The notes under the pieces were generated by a model that was given only the letters and a program-made list of their open reading frames with translations, had not been told where the DNA came from and did not search any database. Positions 45,374-47,045 of a stretch of DNA of 47,045 nt are shown here, one piece after another. The DNA lies in the sequence record SRR22947725_2658, one strand, 5' to 3'. Every line of letters starts with the position of its first letter. Position 1 is the first letter of the stretch. The position numbers and the translations under genes were made by a program.

Positions 45374-46743
45374 ACATCCTATCATCCACTCCTAAATTAT
45401 CCCGCCGTACTATGTTACGCAGCCTGGGGGCATCGATCAGCTTGCCTTTGCTTGAGTCGATGAACCCCATCCGATTGAAGGCAGATCGCTCAACATCACC
45501 TTCCATCAAGCGGGTAGGATATTTTTATTTTCCAAACGGCATTCCGAGGGGGATCTGGCACCCTAGTCAAGTCAACAGTAAAGGGTTCTTGCAAAAGTTG
45601 AATCCCTGGATGAGCCCACTTGAAGCTTATAAATCTCAATTGCTCATACCCACTGATATCTGGACACCAGAGGGAAATGGTCACAGCGCAGGCACTGCTA
45701 CCTGGCTCACTGGAGGTGGATATGATGATCAAGCCGTTCGGGCGGGGGGTGTTTCTGTGGATCAGCTTATTGCCGGCCACACGGGGAAGGAAACAATGCT
45801 TCCCTCCCTTGAAATGTCCTTGAAGGGGGAGGGCTTCTTCTCCAACTCACTGCCGAGAAATGCTGTTTCCTGGTCTCCCACAAACGTACCTCTGACTCGT
45901 GAGGTGGAACCTCGGGCTATTTTTGATCGCATGTTTCGGCCGCCTACCGGAGGTGCATCGAATCGATCGGTGATGGATCTGGTGCTAGGGGAAGCGAAAG
46001 CACTCAACAAGCAAATAGGACGTGCAGACCAGGCTCGACTGGATGAATATTTCGAATCGATTCGTGCGTTGGAAAAGCGCATTGAATTTGCCGAGATTCA
46101 AACCCTGAAGATGCAACGTGATCAGGCGTTAACCCAGGCACTCACAGCACCGGCCCCGGGGATACCCAGCGATCATCAGGAATACATTCGACTGATGATG
46201 GATATGATTGTGCTGGCCTATTGGTCAGATGCAACGCGTGTGGTTTCCTTCATGCTGGATCATGGTCAATCCAATCGATACTTTAATTTCATCGAAGGTG
46301 TTAAAGGAACTTGGCACGCCCTGTCTCATTATGGCAATGCTTCGGGTTCTACGGAAGATGATGATGGGAAAACCAGTTGGGATTCAGTGGAAACCAAACG
46401 GGCAATGTATGCGGAAGTCATTCGTTGGCATCATCGGCAATTTGCTTACCTTTTGGAGCGTCTACAATCTATTCAGGAACCCGATGGAGCTTCTATTCTT
46501 GATAACAGTATGCTCCTGTATGGGAGCAGCCTTGGCGATGGAGATGAACACGATGAGAAAGATTTGCCAACACTTATTGCGGGAGGTGGAGGGGGAAGTA
46601 TCAGGTCTGGGAGGCAATTGAGATTCAAACGAGGTACTGACCTGTCTAAAATTCATCTCGCATTCCTTCATCGTCTGGGAATACCTGAGAGTCAATTCGG
46701 ATCAGTGAACAGCGATTTTGGTCCTCTTGATTTTTTGACTTAA
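45370..46743 (+). CDS. DUF1552 family protein (Tat-signal)
   Basis: LSRRTMLRSLGASISLPLLESM, YFPNG, SVDQLIA, PRAIFDRMF, D.TRV.SFML, WHALSH, LDNSM..YGS, H...DLP...AG; ATGA overlap with the DUF1592 gene. Confidence 0.95.
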   Translation: MNILSSTPKLSRRTMLRSLGASISLPLLESMNPIRLKADRSTSPSIKRVGYFYFPNGIPRGIWHPSQVNSKGFLQKLNPWMSPLEAYKSQLLIPTDIWTPEGNGHSAGTATWLTGGGYDDQAVRAGGVSVDQLIAGHTGKETMLPSLEMSLKGEGFFSNSLPRNAVSWSPTNVPLTREVEPRAIFDRMFRPPTGGASNRSVMDLVLGEAKALNKQIGRADQARLDEYFESIRALEKRIEFAEIQTLKMQRDQALTQALTAPAPGIPSDHQEYIRLMMDMIVLAYWSDATRVVSFMLDHGQSNRYFNFIEGVKGTWHALSHYGNASGSTEDDDGKTSWDSVETKRAMYAEVIRWHHRQFAYLLERLQSIQEPDGASILDNSMLLYGSSLGDGDEHDEKDLPTLIAGGGGGSIRSGRQLRFKRGTDLSKIHLAFLHRLGIPESQFGSVNSDFGPLDFLT

Positions 46744-47045
46744 AATCAGCTGCAATGCCAGCGCCTTGATGACTGCATGTTCGATGTGATAACCGAATAA
46801 AGAAAGAACTGGATCAACCCCGGCGATACTTAAAAGCGAGGGAATTCAGCTCGCTGATGTTCAGATGAAAAAGGCTCTCTGTCGGCTTAATTTGAGTCCA
46901 TCGATTGATCTAGGGTCCTGGTGATCTGTTTGAGTCACGATCCGATAGCGTTTTCAAGTATATTCAGGATGATATGATCTCCTTCATTCATCCGTGTGCA
47001 CTGGAGACTCCAGCGTACCACGTGTCACACCCAGTTGATTGATGA

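Noticed and set aside
46744..47045. Possible gene end at the right window edge
   Set aside because: All minus-strand frames close within about 60 nt of the edge; too little sequence to call anything.
1..47045. CRISPR arrays, tRNA/rRNA, mobile elements, anti-phage defence or toxin-antitoxin genes
   Set aside because: No regularly spaced repeats, cloverleafs, or transposase, integrase, nuclease or reverse transcriptase motifs were seen on either strand.

Overview
Gene-dense bacterial chromosomal segment of roughly 50% GC (estimated by eye). I saw no rRNA, tRNA, CRISPR array, transposase, integrase or phage gene. Three PVC-signature gene pairs (two DUF1549/DUF1553 + DUF1501 pairs and one DUF1592 + DUF1552 pair), a sulfatase, Tat-exported TIM-barrel proteins and a secreted protein ending in W..GTLQSA..VTGPW...FYRVR point to a PVC bacterium, most likely Verrucomicrobiota (Pedosphaerales/Limisphaerales-like; inference). 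Housekeeping genes: purS-purQ-purL, polA, lpdA, thiH-thiS, a class II PPK2 (pap), namZ and an SLC13 permease. The most unusual items are: (i) a DUF1592 cytochrome-c protein with a ~180-aa acidic insertion made of two diverged 85-aa repeats; (ii) a translationally coupled cassette of a minimal adenylate-forming enzyme, a FabG-like SDR and an AntD-like acyltransferase, with no carrier protein or sugar genes in view; (iii) a non-catalytic triple CBM9/DOMON-like secreted protein with a candidate C-terminal sorting domain; and (iv) structured intergenic segments on both sides of polA. All family assignments come from motif recognition by eye, not database searches, and nothing here is a proven new system.
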